Shown here: in pieces, positions 39,748 through 50,212 of the stretch
How the letters are laid out: every line of letters starts with the position of its first letter
Position numbering within the stretch: the first letter of the stretch is position 1
Sequence record: PP400787
DNA: 64,000 bases
Source: Escherichia phage FL23
Strand: one strand, 5' to 3'
The notes under the pieces: model-generated
The model's database searches: none
Told to the model about the DNA's origin: nothing
What the model saw: the letters and a program-made list of their open reading frames with translations, nothing else
Program-made: the position numbers and the translations under genes

Positions 39748-42700
39748 TTATTCAACCCATTCAAATTTAACAGTTTTATTCACTGGGTCAGGAACAATGC
39801 GAACATTACCAATTCGTAAGAAATCACGAATAGTAAGATTCCCCATTATAGCATTATCAGATGGTAAAGCACCAATATCAGATGGCTGAGGAGGGTTACC
39901 CCCATCAAATACTTGAACAAAACTTGACCAAGAGTTTTTGGTTTTCTGCCATGTACGTGTCCAACGAGTGGTACGTGCTTCTGGTGTTGTTGGATAAGTA
40001 ATCCAATCTTGGTAAAGCGAATCAAGTGTGTTACCAAACTGAGTCAGTGTACCAGGAGATTTAACTTCTTCGCCACGTTCTAAGTATGGAAGTCCAGTCA
40101 CTTCATTAGTTTTTTCAACCATTTTAAAATAACCAGGGAACTGGTTATAAGTGGCTGAATCGTTAATATCGATTGACCAGAATCCTACTGTATCAGATGT
40201 TGGTGCGCGGGTGTATAAATCAGATGTTTTAGTACCCTGAGAACGAATTCTCGAGTTAACAGTTAAACCACCGCTGTTAATTGTTGCTCCACCTTTACTA
40301 ATGATAAGCCCTTCACCAATTGTAACTTGACCGGATTGATTATTAATTGATAATGGACGTAATCCATTAAATCCACCAAACTGATCACCGGCTGCAGTGA
40401 GCATAAAATAGGTGTCATTACCAGCATTACGAATAAAGAATCCGTAATTTCCATTTATTGCTCTAAAAGCATTTGCTGATTTACTGGTAAATTCTCCATT
40501 AGCAGTAACTGAATTACCAAATGTTGCAACGCCATTCGCATTCAATGAACCAGAAGCATTTACATCTATCGGCATTACAGTACCATTGATATTAAACAAT
40601 ATCTTTCCAGCTGTATTGCGCTGAGAATAAAAGTGATGAGATGTTTCATCACCAACTTCAAATACAGTAGAACGCGTTGAATCTGGTCTGCCACTAAACT
40701 GGTTTCCCCAAACTTTGATAGTCATCGTCTGCGCTGGGTTAGTTTCAGTTTGAGGTCCTTTCTCAAAAATCAGACGAGCTGCTGTTCCAGTTTTAGAAAT
40801 AGTTAATGTATTTACCGAAACTGAACCACCAAACGTAGCAGTACTAGATGATACAAGAGGGGCACTCAGATTCGTTTGTTGGGTTAAGGTTAGTGAACCA
40901 TTAACCGTCTGTGCAATATCCCTACGAATGAACTGAGATGAATCTAGACCATCCAATAAATTACTATCTACAGCTTTTGCTTTTAACGGCAGATAATTTG
41001 CTAATACACGGTTTAATTCATATGGTGATATTGCATAGCTATTTTTCTCATATGATTCTAATGGCTGTGTTGAACCTACCGTATCATTACCAACGAACGT
41101 AATTGAACTAGATGAAGTTTTAACAAAACCTCTTATCGCAGTAGTAGCTGCCCAGGTAGGTTCACTCTGCACAATCCATTTTAAATTTTTTGGAGATACA
41201 GCAGTATTTGCTGACGTTCCAGTCACAGTTTCAGACTGAGTTGCAACTTTAATAACGCCTTCCTGTGCTTCAGTAGATTTAGTACCTAAAAGCTTTTTAG
41301 GAGTTATTAGAACATTATCCAATGTTCCTGCAGCAGCTTCAACTTGTGTAGCTACACGAAGTGTACCACGCTGTGTCTCATTTGCTTCAAGAATATTAAG
41401 GGTATAATGGTCCCAGAGAGTTCCTGATTCAACTAATCCAGATAGAGCAACAACAGAAGTACGATCAGTACTATTAAATCTGGTTTTAATTTTTAATGGT
41501 GTAGAGATACGAGTATCGTCGACGCCTGCGTCGAATTCAACTTGCGTAGCAATTTCAGCTATACCACTTAAACTTTCAGTTGCTCTACGGTCATTTAAAG
41601 TTTTAGGAGTGACTGCACGAGTATAGTCAGTTCCTGTATTAACTTCACTTTGCGTAGCAATTTCAATTAAACCAATTCTTCCATCAGTTGATGTCTTTTT
41701 ATGTAACGTTTCTGGCGTTACAACAGCATTTGCCCATCCTTGCTGACTTTGTCCAGCAATTACTTCACTTTCAACTGCTAAAATTACTGCACCCTGTTGA
41801 GTAGGCGTAGCTTTATACTGATCCAAAGCTTTAGGTGAAACAACTAAATTATTAGTGTTTTTATTATAAACATTCGTACCATTTAATTCACGGCTAGAAG
41901 CTGGAGTAGCTCCTGCAGTAGATACAAAAGTTACAATACCAGATAATGATTCAGAACCTTGACGAGCTTGAAGCTTTTTAGGAGTGATGATTGTAGTATC
42001 ATCAGTACCTGCATTAGTTTCTTGCTGCGTAGCAATTTCAGCAACACCTCTACGAGTTTCTGTAGCAGTTCTTTCATTCAGCTTTTTAGGAGTAATGATA
42101 AGGTCATCTGCAAAAGAGAATGTGGTGTTCTGATTCACTTGAGCAGTAGTTGCTATTCTTGCAATACCTCTACGAGTTTCAGTAGCAGTACGATTAGCTA
42201 ACGTTTCTGGAGTAATTGCTAATTCTTTTTGTGGAGAATTTTCTAAATCGACATTAGCTTGAGCTTGTGTAGCTAAAGCAATTACGCCTAATCTTGCTCT
42301 AGTAGAATCATTTAAAGAATCTACTCTTTCTACAGTTGGAACGTTTTGCTGTACAACCCAGTATTTTCCATCAGAATCTTCTATATAAGCAAGTTGTAAA
42401 ACTGGAACATAATTAGTTTCGCCATTAAAAACTAATTCTTGGACTGTAACCCATTTAGTTTCAGGCGGATATTCTGAACGTTTTGGGAATTGCAGCAATT
42501 GAACTGAAGAAGCAATTTTATCTTCATCAGCAGCTTTGATTTTAACTGTTTGTCCTTTTCTCATGTAATTCATGGAAATTTTAACAGTATCACCAACAGA
42601 AATATCAGTCGGAAGCTGAAGCTCAATTGTCTGAGCTGTTCCGTTATTCGCACCAAATACCATAACTTCTTCATTTGGACGAATATTAGAATTAGTTGTT

Positions 42701-43617
42701 ATAATACGTAAACGCGCTTTACTATCCCCGTCAAACAATCTCCACAATTTCTCATTATCATCAAACATCAAGAAACCGTCAATCGTTGTACGGCCTTCAA
42801 TGGAATGAGTTCCAACTTCTTGTATTGAAGTCGTTTCATCGTATGTAGTAACAATTGTATGATAAAGCGGATTTAGTTTATCTAAATCGACGAAATTAAT
42901 AATATCGCCATGATTAGCAAATCTTGGAAGTTTAACATTAATTGGTGCAGCAGAAGTAAATCTACGCACGATAAAATCGTTGGATTGCGCTTGATAAGTA
43001 TTCGCTGGTGTTACAACTATAGCTTCTCTACTATAATCAGCAACATACATTTGCCACAGACGATTACTAAAAATTAAAACTAGCTGTGACTTTGGATGAG
43101 TCATTAGTACTGAACGTACCTGTTCACCTCTAAAGTTTACAATACTTTGCACTGGAGCTACAATTAAAACTTGGTTAACTCCAGGTTTTCCTCCAATATC
43201 TTGGAGAACGATAGTATCACCATCAATTGGAGAAGATGGTAAAGTAAACGTGATGTCATTTCCAGCTGCGGTGTTAACCGAAATTGCTTCACCCGATTTT
43301 AATTGATATGAACCAGATGAAACCGTAATCCAGTTAGCATCGGTACGTAATGCTCTCCAGCGTCCGCTATTAAAAGCTCCTGCTGGTTTTGGAATATCAT
43401 TTATAGCAGCCCAAAAGCGGTTATCATAAATGATTACAAAATCTTTTAAATATCCACGAGTTGGATCATATTGTTGAACTGTGTTTTCTTGAATTAAGTA
43501 ATCAACGTTAACACCGTCAGTTCCTACGGTACGATCAGCTAAAGCTACGTTGATTATTTTATCGCCACCTGCGTCCAGACCATCTTCTGCTCTGAACTTT
43601 CTTTTAATCTCGGCCAT
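39748..43617 (-). CDS. 34: gp34 long tail fibre proximal subunit, 1289 aa
   Basis: 1289 aa; internal beta-helix-like repeats (TPKKL...ATxxExxxG). Confidence 0.9.
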   Translation of the reverse strand: MAEIKRKFRAEDGLDAGGDKIINVALADRTVGTDGVNVDYLIQENTVQQYDPTRGYLKDFVIIYDNRFWAAINDIPKPAGAFNSGRWRALRTDANWITVSSGSYQLKSGEAISVNTAAGNDITFTLPSSPIDGDTIVLQDIGGKPGVNQVLIVAPVQSIVNFRGEQVRSVLMTHPKSQLVLIFSNRLWQMYVADYSREAIVVTPANTYQAQSNDFIVRRFTSAAPINVKLPRFANHGDIINFVDLDKLNPLYHTIVTTYDETTSIQEVGTHSIEGRTTIDGFLMFDDNEKLWRLFDGDSKARLRIITTNSNIRPNEEVMVFGANNGTAQTIELQLPTDISVGDTVKISMNYMRKGQTVKIKAADEDKIASSVQLLQFPKRSEYPPETKWVTVQELVFNGETNYVPVLQLAYIEDSDGKYWVVQQNVPTVERVDSLNDSTRARLGVIALATQAQANVDLENSPQKELAITPETLANRTATETRRGIARIATTAQVNQNTTFSFADDLIITPKKLNERTATETRRGVAEIATQQETNAGTDDTTIITPKKLQARQGSESLSGIVTFVSTAGATPASSRELNGTNVYNKNTNNLVVSPKALDQYKATPTQQGAVILAVESEVIAGQSQQGWANAVVTPETLHKKTSTDGRIGLIEIATQSEVNTGTDYTRAVTPKTLNDRRATESLSGIAEIATQVEFDAGVDDTRISTPLKIKTRFNSTDRTSVVALSGLVESGTLWDHYTLNILEANETQRGTLRVATQVEAAAGTLDNVLITPKKLLGTKSTEAQEGVIKVATQSETVTGTSANTAVSPKNLKWIVQSEPTWAATTAIRGFVKTSSSSITFVGNDTVGSTQPLESYEKNSYAISPYELNRVLANYLPLKAKAVDSNLLDGLDSSQFIRRDIAQTVNGSLTLTQQTNLSAPLVSSSTATFGGSVSVNTLTISKTGTAARLIFEKGPQTETNPAQTMTIKVWGNQFSGRPDSTRSTVFEVGDETSHHFYSQRNTAGKILFNINGTVMPIDVNASGSLNANGVATFGNSVTANGEFTSKSANAFRAINGNYGFFIRNAGNDTYFMLTAAGDQFGGFNGLRPLSINNQSGQVTIGEGLIISKGGATINSGGLTVNSRIRSQGTKTSDLYTRAPTSDTVGFWSIDINDSATYNQFPGYFKMVEKTNEVTGLPYLERGEEVKSPGTLTQFGNTLDSLYQDWITYPTTPEARTTRWTRTWQKTKNSWSSFVQVFDGGNPPQPSDIGALPSDNAIMGNLTIRDFLRIGNVRIVPDPVNKTVKFEWVE

Positions 43618-43651
43618 TCTCCCGGGCTCCTATTGTGTTTTCAATAATAAG

Positions 43652-43659
43652 TATTTATA
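43652..43659 (-). promoter_or_regulatory. late promoter TATAAATA for gene 34
   Basis: tatttata on + strand, ~35 nt upstream of gene 34 ATG on - strand. Confidence 0.65.
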
Positions 43660-43662
43660 CTT

Positions 43663-43692
43663 GTTTACTTTAAGATTTGGATGGTATATAAT
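43663..43692 (+). promoter_or_regulatory. early promoter for rnh, divergent from the gene 34 late promoter
   Basis: gtttac -35, 18 nt, tataat -10. Confidence 0.55.
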
Positions 43693-43721
43693 AGAAATCT
43701 CACTAATTGAACGAGGTTCAT

Positions 43722-44639
43722 ATGGATTTAGAAATGATGCTGGATGAAGATTATAAAGAAGGAATTTGCTTTATTGACTTTAGTCAAATTGCGCTTTCAA
43801 CTGCTCTTGTAAACTTCCCAGATAAAGAAAAAATTAATTTATCAATGGTTCGTCATTTGATATTGAACTCAATTAAGTTTAATGTCAAAAAAGCAAAAAC
43901 GCTTGGATACACTAAAATTGTACTGTGTATTGATAATGCGAAATCTGGATATTGGCGTCGTGATTTCGCGTATTATTATAAGAAAAACCGCGGAAAAGCA
44001 CGAGAAGAATCTACTTGGGACTGGGAAGGTTATTTTGAATCCAGCCATAAAGTTATAGATGAATTGAAAGCTTATATGCCATACATTGTTATGGATATTG
44101 ATAAGTATGAAGCGGATGACCACATTGCTGTTCTTGTTAAAAAGTTCTCTTTAGAAGGACACAAGATTTTAATCATTTCATCGGATGGTGACTTTACACA
44201 GCTTCACAAATACCCAAATGTTAAGCAATGGTCGCCGATGCATAAGAAATGGGTTAAAATTAAAAGCGGTTCTGCTGAAATTGACTGTATGACTAAAATC
44301 CTTAAAGGCGACAAAAAGGATAACGTTGCTTCAGTTAAAGTACGATCTGACTTTTGGTTTACCAGAGTTGAAGGTGAACGAACTCCTTCAATGAAAACTT
44401 CAATCGTTGAAGCTATTGCTAATGACCGTGAGCAAGCTAAGGTGCTTCTCACTGAATCTGAATATAATCGTTATAAAGAAAATTTAGTTCTAATTGATTT
44501 TGATTATATTCCTGATAATATTGCTTCAAACATTGTGAATTACTATAATTCATATAAATTACCACCGCGTGGCAAAATTTATTCATATTTTGTAAAAGCG
44601 GGTCTTTCTAAATTAACTAATAGCATTAATGAATTTTGA
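43722..44639 (+). CDS. rnh: RNase H / 5'-3' flap endonuclease, 305 aa
   Basis: From ATG 43722 matches T4 RNase H as recalled. Confidence 0.92.
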   Translation: MDLEMMLDEDYKEGICFIDFSQIALSTALVNFPDKEKINLSMVRHLILNSIKFNVKKAKTLGYTKIVLCIDNAKSGYWRRDFAYYYKKNRGKAREESTWDWEGYFESSHKVIDELKAYMPYIVMDIDKYEADDHIAVLVKKFSLEGHKILIISSDGDFTQLHKYPNVKQWSPMHKKWVKIKSGSAEIDCMTKILKGDKKDNVASVKVRSDFWFTRVEGERTPSMKTSIVEAIANDREQAKVLLTESEYNRYKENLVLIDFDYIPDNIASNIVNYYNSYKLPPRGKIYSYFVKAGLSKLTNSINEF

Positions 44640-44647
44640 GGTGAATA

Positions 44648-44917
44648 ATGGCTAAAAAAGAAATGGTTGAATTTGATGAAGCTATCCATGGCGAAGACTT
44701 GGCCAAATTTATCAAAGAAGCATCTGATCATAAACTGAAAATTTCCGGTTATAATGAACTGATTAAAGATATTCGAATTCGTGCCAAAGATGAACTTGGC
44801 GTTGATGGTAAGATGTTTAATCGTCTGTTAGCTTTGTATCATAAAGATAACCGTGATGTGTTTGAAGCTGAAACTGAAGAGGTAGTTGAACTTTATGACA
44901 CAGTTTTCTCTAAATGA
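44648..44917 (+). CDS. dsbA: DsbA dsDNA-binding late transcription protein, 89 aa
   Basis: Matches T4 DsbA as recalled. Confidence 0.88.
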   Translation: MAKKEMVEFDEAIHGEDLAKFIKEASDHKLKISGYNELIKDIRIRAKDELGVDGKMFNRLLALYHKDNRDVFEAETEEVVELYDTVFSK

Positions 44918-45233
44918 TATTCGTCCGGTCGATGAGACCGGTCTTTCAGAAAAAGAACTTTCAATTAAGAAAGAAAAAGATGAAATTGCAAAGCTTCTTG
45001 ACCGTCAAGAAAATGGATTTATTATTGAAAAAATGGTAGAAGAGTTTGGAATGAGTTATCTTGAAGCTACAACAGCATTCTTAGAAGAAAACTCTATTCC
45101 TGAAACTCAATTTGCTAAATTTATTCCTTCGGGTATAATTGAAAAAATTCAGTCAGAAGCTATTGACGAAAATCTTTTACGTCCTTCTGTTGTTCGTTGT
45201 GAAAAAACTAATACATTAGATTTTCTGCTATGA
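44895..45233 (+). CDS. 33: gp33 late transcription co-activator, 112 aa
   Basis: Position and size; start ATG 44895. Confidence 0.85.
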   Translation: MTQFSLNDIRPVDETGLSEKELSIKKEKDEIAKLLDRQENGFIIEKMVEEFGMSYLEATTAFLEENSIPETQFAKFIPSGIIEKIQSEAIDENLLRPSVVRCEKTNTLDFLL

Positions 45234-45883
45234 TTAAACTCCGCATGCCTGCTGGTGGTGAAAGATACATTGATGGTAAATCAGTTTATAAATTATACTT
45301 AATGATAAAACAACATATGAATGGAAAGTATGATGTTATTAAGTATAATTGGTGCATGCGGGTGTCTGATGCCGCTTATCAAAAGCGAAGGGATAAGTAT
45401 TTTTTCCAGAAGTTATCAGAAAAATATAAATTAAAGGAACTTGCTTTAATTTTTATAAGTAATTTGGTTGCTAACCAAGATGCTTGGATTGGTGACATCT
45501 CTGACGCTGATGCACTTGTGTTTTATCGTGAATATATCGGACGCTTAAAGCAAATTAAATTTAAGTTTGAAGAAGATATTCGCAACATTTATTATTTTAG
45601 TAAAAAAGTTGAAGTTTCTGCTTTTAAAGAAATCTTTGAATATAATCCAAAGGTTCAGTCAAGTTATATTTTTAAACTTCTGCAATCGAACATAATTTCG
45701 TTTGAGACGTTTATCTTGCTTGATTCATTTTTAAATATAATTGATAAACATGATGAACAGACTGATAATTTAGTCTGGAATAATTATTCTATAAAGTTAA
45801 AGGCTTATAGAAAAATTTTAAATATTGATTCACAGAAAGCTAAAAATGTTTTCATTGAAACTGTGAAATCTTGCAAGTATTAA
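45230..45883 (+). CDS. 59: gp59 helicase loader, 217 aa
   Basis: Matches T4 gp59 as recalled. Confidence 0.92.
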   Translation: MIKLRMPAGGERYIDGKSVYKLYLMIKQHMNGKYDVIKYNWCMRVSDAAYQKRRDKYFFQKLSEKYKLKELALIFISNLVANQDAWIGDISDADALVFYREYIGRLKQIKFKFEEDIRNIYYFSKKVEVSAFKEIFEYNPKVQSSYIFKLLQSNIISFETFILLDSFLNIIDKHDEQTDNLVWNNYSIKLKAYRKILNIDSQKAKNVFIETVKSCKY

Positions 45884-45891
45884 TTGCTTAT

Positions 45892-45899
45892 TATAAATA
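45892..45899 (+). promoter_or_regulatory. late promoter TATAAATA upstream of gene 32
   Basis: ttataaatag ~85 nt before gene 32 ATG. Confidence 0.6.
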
Positions 45900-45915
45900 G
45901 ATTATAATTATCTCA

Positions 45916-45982
45916 CTGACCAGCTATGAGGTCATACATCGTCATAGCACCAACTGTTAATTAAATTAAAAAGGAAATAAAA
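45916..45982 (+). promoter_or_regulatory. gene 32 translational operator (pseudoknot plus unstructured A/U-rich leader)
   Basis: tgaccagctatgaggtcatacatcgtcatagcac followed by ttaattaaattaaaaaggaaataaaa before the ATG. Confidence 0.7.
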
Positions 45983-46891
45983 ATGTTTAAACGTAAATCT
46001 ACTGCTGAACTCGCTGCACAAATGGCTAAACTAGCTGGAAATAAAGGTGGTTTTTCTTCTGAAGATAAAGGCGAGTGGAAACTGAAACTCGACAATGCGG
46101 GTAACGGTCAAGCAGTAATTCGTTTTCTTCCGTCTAAAAATGATGAACAAGCACCATTCGCAATTCTTGTAAATCATGGTTTCAAGAAAAATGGTAAATG
46201 GTATATTGAAAACTGTTCATCTACCCACGGTGATTACGATTCTTGCCCAGTATGTCAATACATCAGTAAAAATGATCTGTACAACACTGATAATAAAGAG
46301 TACAGCCTTGTTAAACGTAAAACTTCTTACTGGGCTAACATTCTTGTTGTAAAAGACCCGGCTGTTCCAGAAAACGAAGGTAAAGTATTTAAATACCGTT
46401 TCGGTAAGAAAATCTGGGATAAAATCAATGCAATGATTGCGGTTGATGTCGAAATGGGTGAAACTCCGGTTGATGTAACTTGTCCGTGGGAAGGTGCTAA
46501 CTTTGTACTGAAAGTTAAACAAGTTTCTGGTTTTAGTAACTACGATGAATCTAAATTCCTGAATCAATCTGCGATTCCAAACATTGACGATGAATCTTTC
46601 CAGAAAGAACTGTTCGAACAAATGGTTGACCTTTCTGAAATGACTTCTAAAGATAAATTCAAATCGTTTGAAGAACTGAGCACTAAATTCGGTCAAGTTA
46701 TGGGAACTGCTGCTATGGGCGGTGCCGCAGCAACTGCCGCTAAGAAAGCTGATAAAGTTGCTGATGATTTGGATGCATTTAATGTTGATGACTTCAAAAC
46801 AAAAACTGAAGATGATTTTATGAGCTCAAGCTCTGGCAGTTCATCTAGTGCTGATGACACGGACCTGGATGACCTTTTGAATGACCTTTAA
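45983..46891 (+). CDS. 32: gp32 single-stranded DNA-binding protein, 302 aa
   Basis: Matches T4 gp32 as recalled; acidic Ser/Asp-rich C-terminus. Confidence 0.95.
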   Translation: MFKRKSTAELAAQMAKLAGNKGGFSSEDKGEWKLKLDNAGNGQAVIRFLPSKNDEQAPFAILVNHGFKKNGKWYIENCSSTHGDYDSCPVCQYISKNDLYNTDNKEYSLVKRKTSYWANILVVKDPAVPENEGKVFKYRFGKKIWDKINAMIAVDVEMGETPVDVTCPWEGANFVLKVKQVSGFSNYDESKFLNQSAIPNIDDESFQKELFEQMVDLSEMTSKDKFKSFEELSTKFGQVMGTAAMGGAAATAAKKADKVADDLDAFNVDDFKTKTEDDFMSSSSGSSSSADDTDLDDLLNDL

Positions 46892-46913
46892 CGGATTATA
46901 TTACTAATTAATT

Positions 46914-46940
46914 GGGGACCCTAGAGGTCCCCTTTTTTAT
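46914..46940 (+). terminator. intrinsic terminator after gene 32
   Basis: ggggacc-ctaga-ggtcccc followed by TTTTTTATTTT. Confidence 0.85.
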
Positions 46941-46964
46941 TTTAAAAAATTTTTTCACAAAACA

Positions 46965-46995
46965 GTTTACATACCACAAGGACTGTGGTACTATA
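46965..46995 (+). promoter_or_regulatory. T4-type early promoter (copy 4)
   Basis: gtttacataccacaaggactgtggtactatacaactatc. Confidence 0.65.
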
Positions 46996-47037
46996 CAACT
47001 ATCGGCAATACTGCTGATGATTAAAGAGGAAAACAAT

Positions 47038-47265
47038 ATGGCTAAAGTTGATATTGACATCGTTGATTTTGAATATATTGAAGAAATTATTCGTAATCGT
47101 TATCCTGAACTTAGTATCACAAGCGTACAAGATTCTAAGTTTTGGAGTATTCAAATCGTTATTGAAGGTCCTCTTGAAGACCTCACCCGCTTTATGGCTA
47201 ATGAATATTGTGATGGCATGGATTCTGAAGACGCAGAATTTTACATGGGATTGATTGAACAATAA
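47038..47265 (+). CDS. hypothetical protein (frd.3 position), 75 aa
   Basis: ATG 47038 after AGAGGAAAA; the track ORF begins upstream inside the promoter. Confidence 0.55.
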   Translation: MAKVDIDIVDFEYIEEIIRNRYPELSITSVQDSKFWSIQIVIEGPLEDLTRFMANEYCDGMDSEDAEFYMGLIEQ

Positions 47266-47271
47266 TTATCA

Positions 47272-47288
47272 AGGGGCTATTAAGCCCC
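47272..47288 (+). terminator. GC hairpin
   Basis: aggggc-tatta-gcccct; weak U tract. Confidence 0.35.
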
Positions 47289-47308
47289 TATCAAAATGAG
47301 GAAACGTA

Positions 47309-47689
47309 ATGTATATTGGCAAAAAGTATGAACTTGTTCCAAGACTTATTGATACATTTATTAATTATAGCCCACGTTCTAATTCATCAATCGTTAAAGC
47401 TATTCGAGATAATGGCGGATGGTTTGAAGTTAAAGAAGTTTCCGTCGCTAATGGATATAAAGCAGTAAAACACATTGAATGCGCAAATGGAAAGCATTTT
47501 TACCTCAAAGATAGACTTTTAGAAATTTGCGAAGATGAATTTCATTGTTTTCGTGAGTATAAAGAACCGACTTCTGAAGAAGATGAAGTCAAAGACAAGG
47601 TTTCTGGCGTAACAAAAATTCACTGCATTGTTGACGAAAACAATGTAGATGAAATCATTGAACTTTTGCAAAAAACTTTCAAAAAGTAG
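47309..47689 (+). CDS. hypothetical protein, 126 aa
   Basis: ORF with GAGGAAA RBS. Confidence 0.55.
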   Translation: MYIGKKYELVPRLIDTFINYSPRSNSSIVKAIRDNGGWFEVKEVSVANGYKAVKHIECANGKHFYLKDRLLEICEDEFHCFREYKEPTSEEDEVKDKVSGVTKIHCIVDENNVDEIIELLQKTFKK

Positions 47690-47827
47690 TTTACAGTAGG
47701 GTAGTAGTGTGATGCTATTACCCTATCAAAACTAATGGAGAAAAGAAAATGTTCGCACCTTATATTATGGCAGCAGTTATGTTGGTCTGTTTATATCTTT
47801 TGATTAAAGCTTGCTAAGGAGAATAAA

Positions 47828-48070
47828 ATGAGATTACAACGCCAGAGCATCAAAGATTCAGAAGTTAGAGGTAAATGGTATTTTAATATCATCGGTAAAG
47901 ATTCTGAACTTGTTGAAAAAGCTGAACACCTTTTACGCGATATGGGATGGGAAGATGAATGTGATAGATGCCCTCTTTATGAGGATGGAGAAAGCGCAGG
48001 ATTCTGGATTTATCATTCTGACGTTGATCAGTTTAAAGCTGATTGGAAAATTGTGAAAAAGTCTATTTGA
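47828..48070 (+). CDS. hypothetical protein, 80 aa
   Basis: ORF with AAGGAGAA RBS. Confidence 0.5.
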   Translation: MRLQRQSIKDSEVRGKWYFNIIGKDSELVEKAEHLLRDMGWEDECDRCPLYEDGESAGFWIYHSDVDQFKADWKIVKKSI

Positions 48071-48080
48071 GGAAAATATT

Positions 48081-48413
48081 ATGTCTGACATTCATGTAAC
48101 TGGAATTTCACAAGTAAATATTCGCTGCCAATTTAAAACTGTACCCGGGGTGACTCATATTACTTTATCACACGACCCATATTCTCGTGGAAGACAGTTA
48201 ACTGGTGTAATTAAGTTTTTCGGTGGAATTGGTGGTAATGAATTTACTATAGGCGATGAAGAAATTGTTGGCTGTAAATTAAAAGTTCAGAAAGGCGTGT
48301 TAGAACTTTTTAGTGATGAAGTTTTTGATGAAATCTCACGGGCAGTTAACAAAGGAATGTTAACGTTAATTAAAATGATTAAAGCTAGCGGATATGTTCC
48401 TGATCCTTTTTAA
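48081..48413 (+). CDS. hypothetical protein, 110 aa
   Basis: ORF with GAGGAAAA RBS. Confidence 0.5.
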   Translation: MSDIHVTGISQVNIRCQFKTVPGVTHITLSHDPYSRGRQLTGVIKFFGGIGGNEFTIGDEEIVGCKLKVQKGVLELFSDEVFDEISRAVNKGMLTLIKMIKASGYVPDPF

Positions 48414-48424
48414 TAGGAGATAAT

Positions 48425-49251
<827 letters not shown>

Positions 49252-49271
49252 AATAACGCGTGGCGGAAAAT

Positions 49272-49619
49272 ATGAATTTTAATTATTACCCTATTCTATT
49301 AGAAAAAGACATGAAACAGCCAAAATGGCAAGGTCCTCAGTTTATTAAAGGTGTCTATCAATTAGTAGTTCCTAAAGACAAGATTTATAGCAGTTGTTTC
49401 ACTGAATCCGCTTGCAGTATTTTCGGTAATAGTTCTCCGTATTGGAATTTTGACATAAAGCTGGATAGAAATATCGATATTTGGTTGAAAGCTATGGATA
49501 TTGGTAATATCACGTTTGATGAGAATAATTATCATATTATTGGTCGCTTTTCCAAACGCGGTAAAGAATTATATTTCACGCCTGAAATTGAGAGAAAATT
49601 TGATGCTAAACCGTATTGA
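49272..49619 (+). CDS. hypothetical protein inserted between frd and td, 115 aa (GTG 49260 alternative)
   Basis: Open frame filling a ~410-bp spacer between frd and td; weak RBS. Confidence 0.45.
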   Translation: MNFNYYPILLEKDMKQPKWQGPQFIKGVYQLVVPKDKIYSSCFTESACSIFGNSSPYWNFDIKLDRNIDIWLKAMDIGNITFDENNYHIIGRFSKRGKELYFTPEIERKFDAKPY

Positions 49620-49663
49620 TTATTAGCTTCATAAAATGTATTATAATTTATATAAGGTACTAA

Positions 49664-50212
49664 ATGAAACAATACCAAGATTTAATTAAAGACATTTTTG
49701 AAAATGGTTATGAAACCGATGACCGAACAGGCACAGGAACAATTGCTTTGTTCGGTACTAAATTGCGTTGGGATTTAACTAAAGGTTTTCCTGCAGTAAC
49801 AACTAAGAAGCTCGCCTGGAAAGCTTGCATTGCTGAGCTGCTTTGGTTTTTATCGGGAAGCACAAATGTCAATGATTTGCGATTAATTCAACATGATTCG
49901 TTAATCCAAGGCAAAACAGTTTGGGATGAAAATTACGAAAATCAAGCAAAAGATTTAGGATACCATAGCGGTGAACTTGGTCCAATTTATGGAAAACAGT
50001 GGCGTGATTTTGGTGGTGTAGACCAAATTATAGAAGTTATTGATCGTATTAAAAAATTGCCAAATGATAGGCGTCAAATTGTTTCAGCATGGAATCCAGC
50101 TGAACTCAAGCAGATGGCATTACCGCCTTGTCATATGTTCTATCAGTTTAATGTGCGTAATGGATACCTTGACCTTCAGTGGTATCAACGATCAGTAGAT
50201 GTTTTCTTGGGT
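49664..50212 (+). CDS. td: thymidylate synthase, exon 1 (183 codons)
   Basis: TS N-terminal sequence ending ...DVFLG, followed immediately by the intron 5' end TAATTGAGGCCTGAGTATAAGGTGAC. Confidence 0.92.

Noticed and set aside
46217-46696. 159-aa ORF on the - strand
   Set aside because: Lies entirely antisense within gene 32, whose product is recognised over its full length
26650-47000. Repeated ~50-bp sequence blocks that might suggest a CRISPR array or insertion-sequence ends
   Set aside because: Copies are kilobases apart with irregular spacing, each contains a -35/-10 promoter pair and precedes a gene start; they are promoters, not CRISPR repeats or inverted repeats
47688-47720. Possible early promoter (gtttacagtagggtagtagtgtgatgctatta)
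   Set aside because: Good -35 but no convincing -10 at the correct spacing; left uncalled
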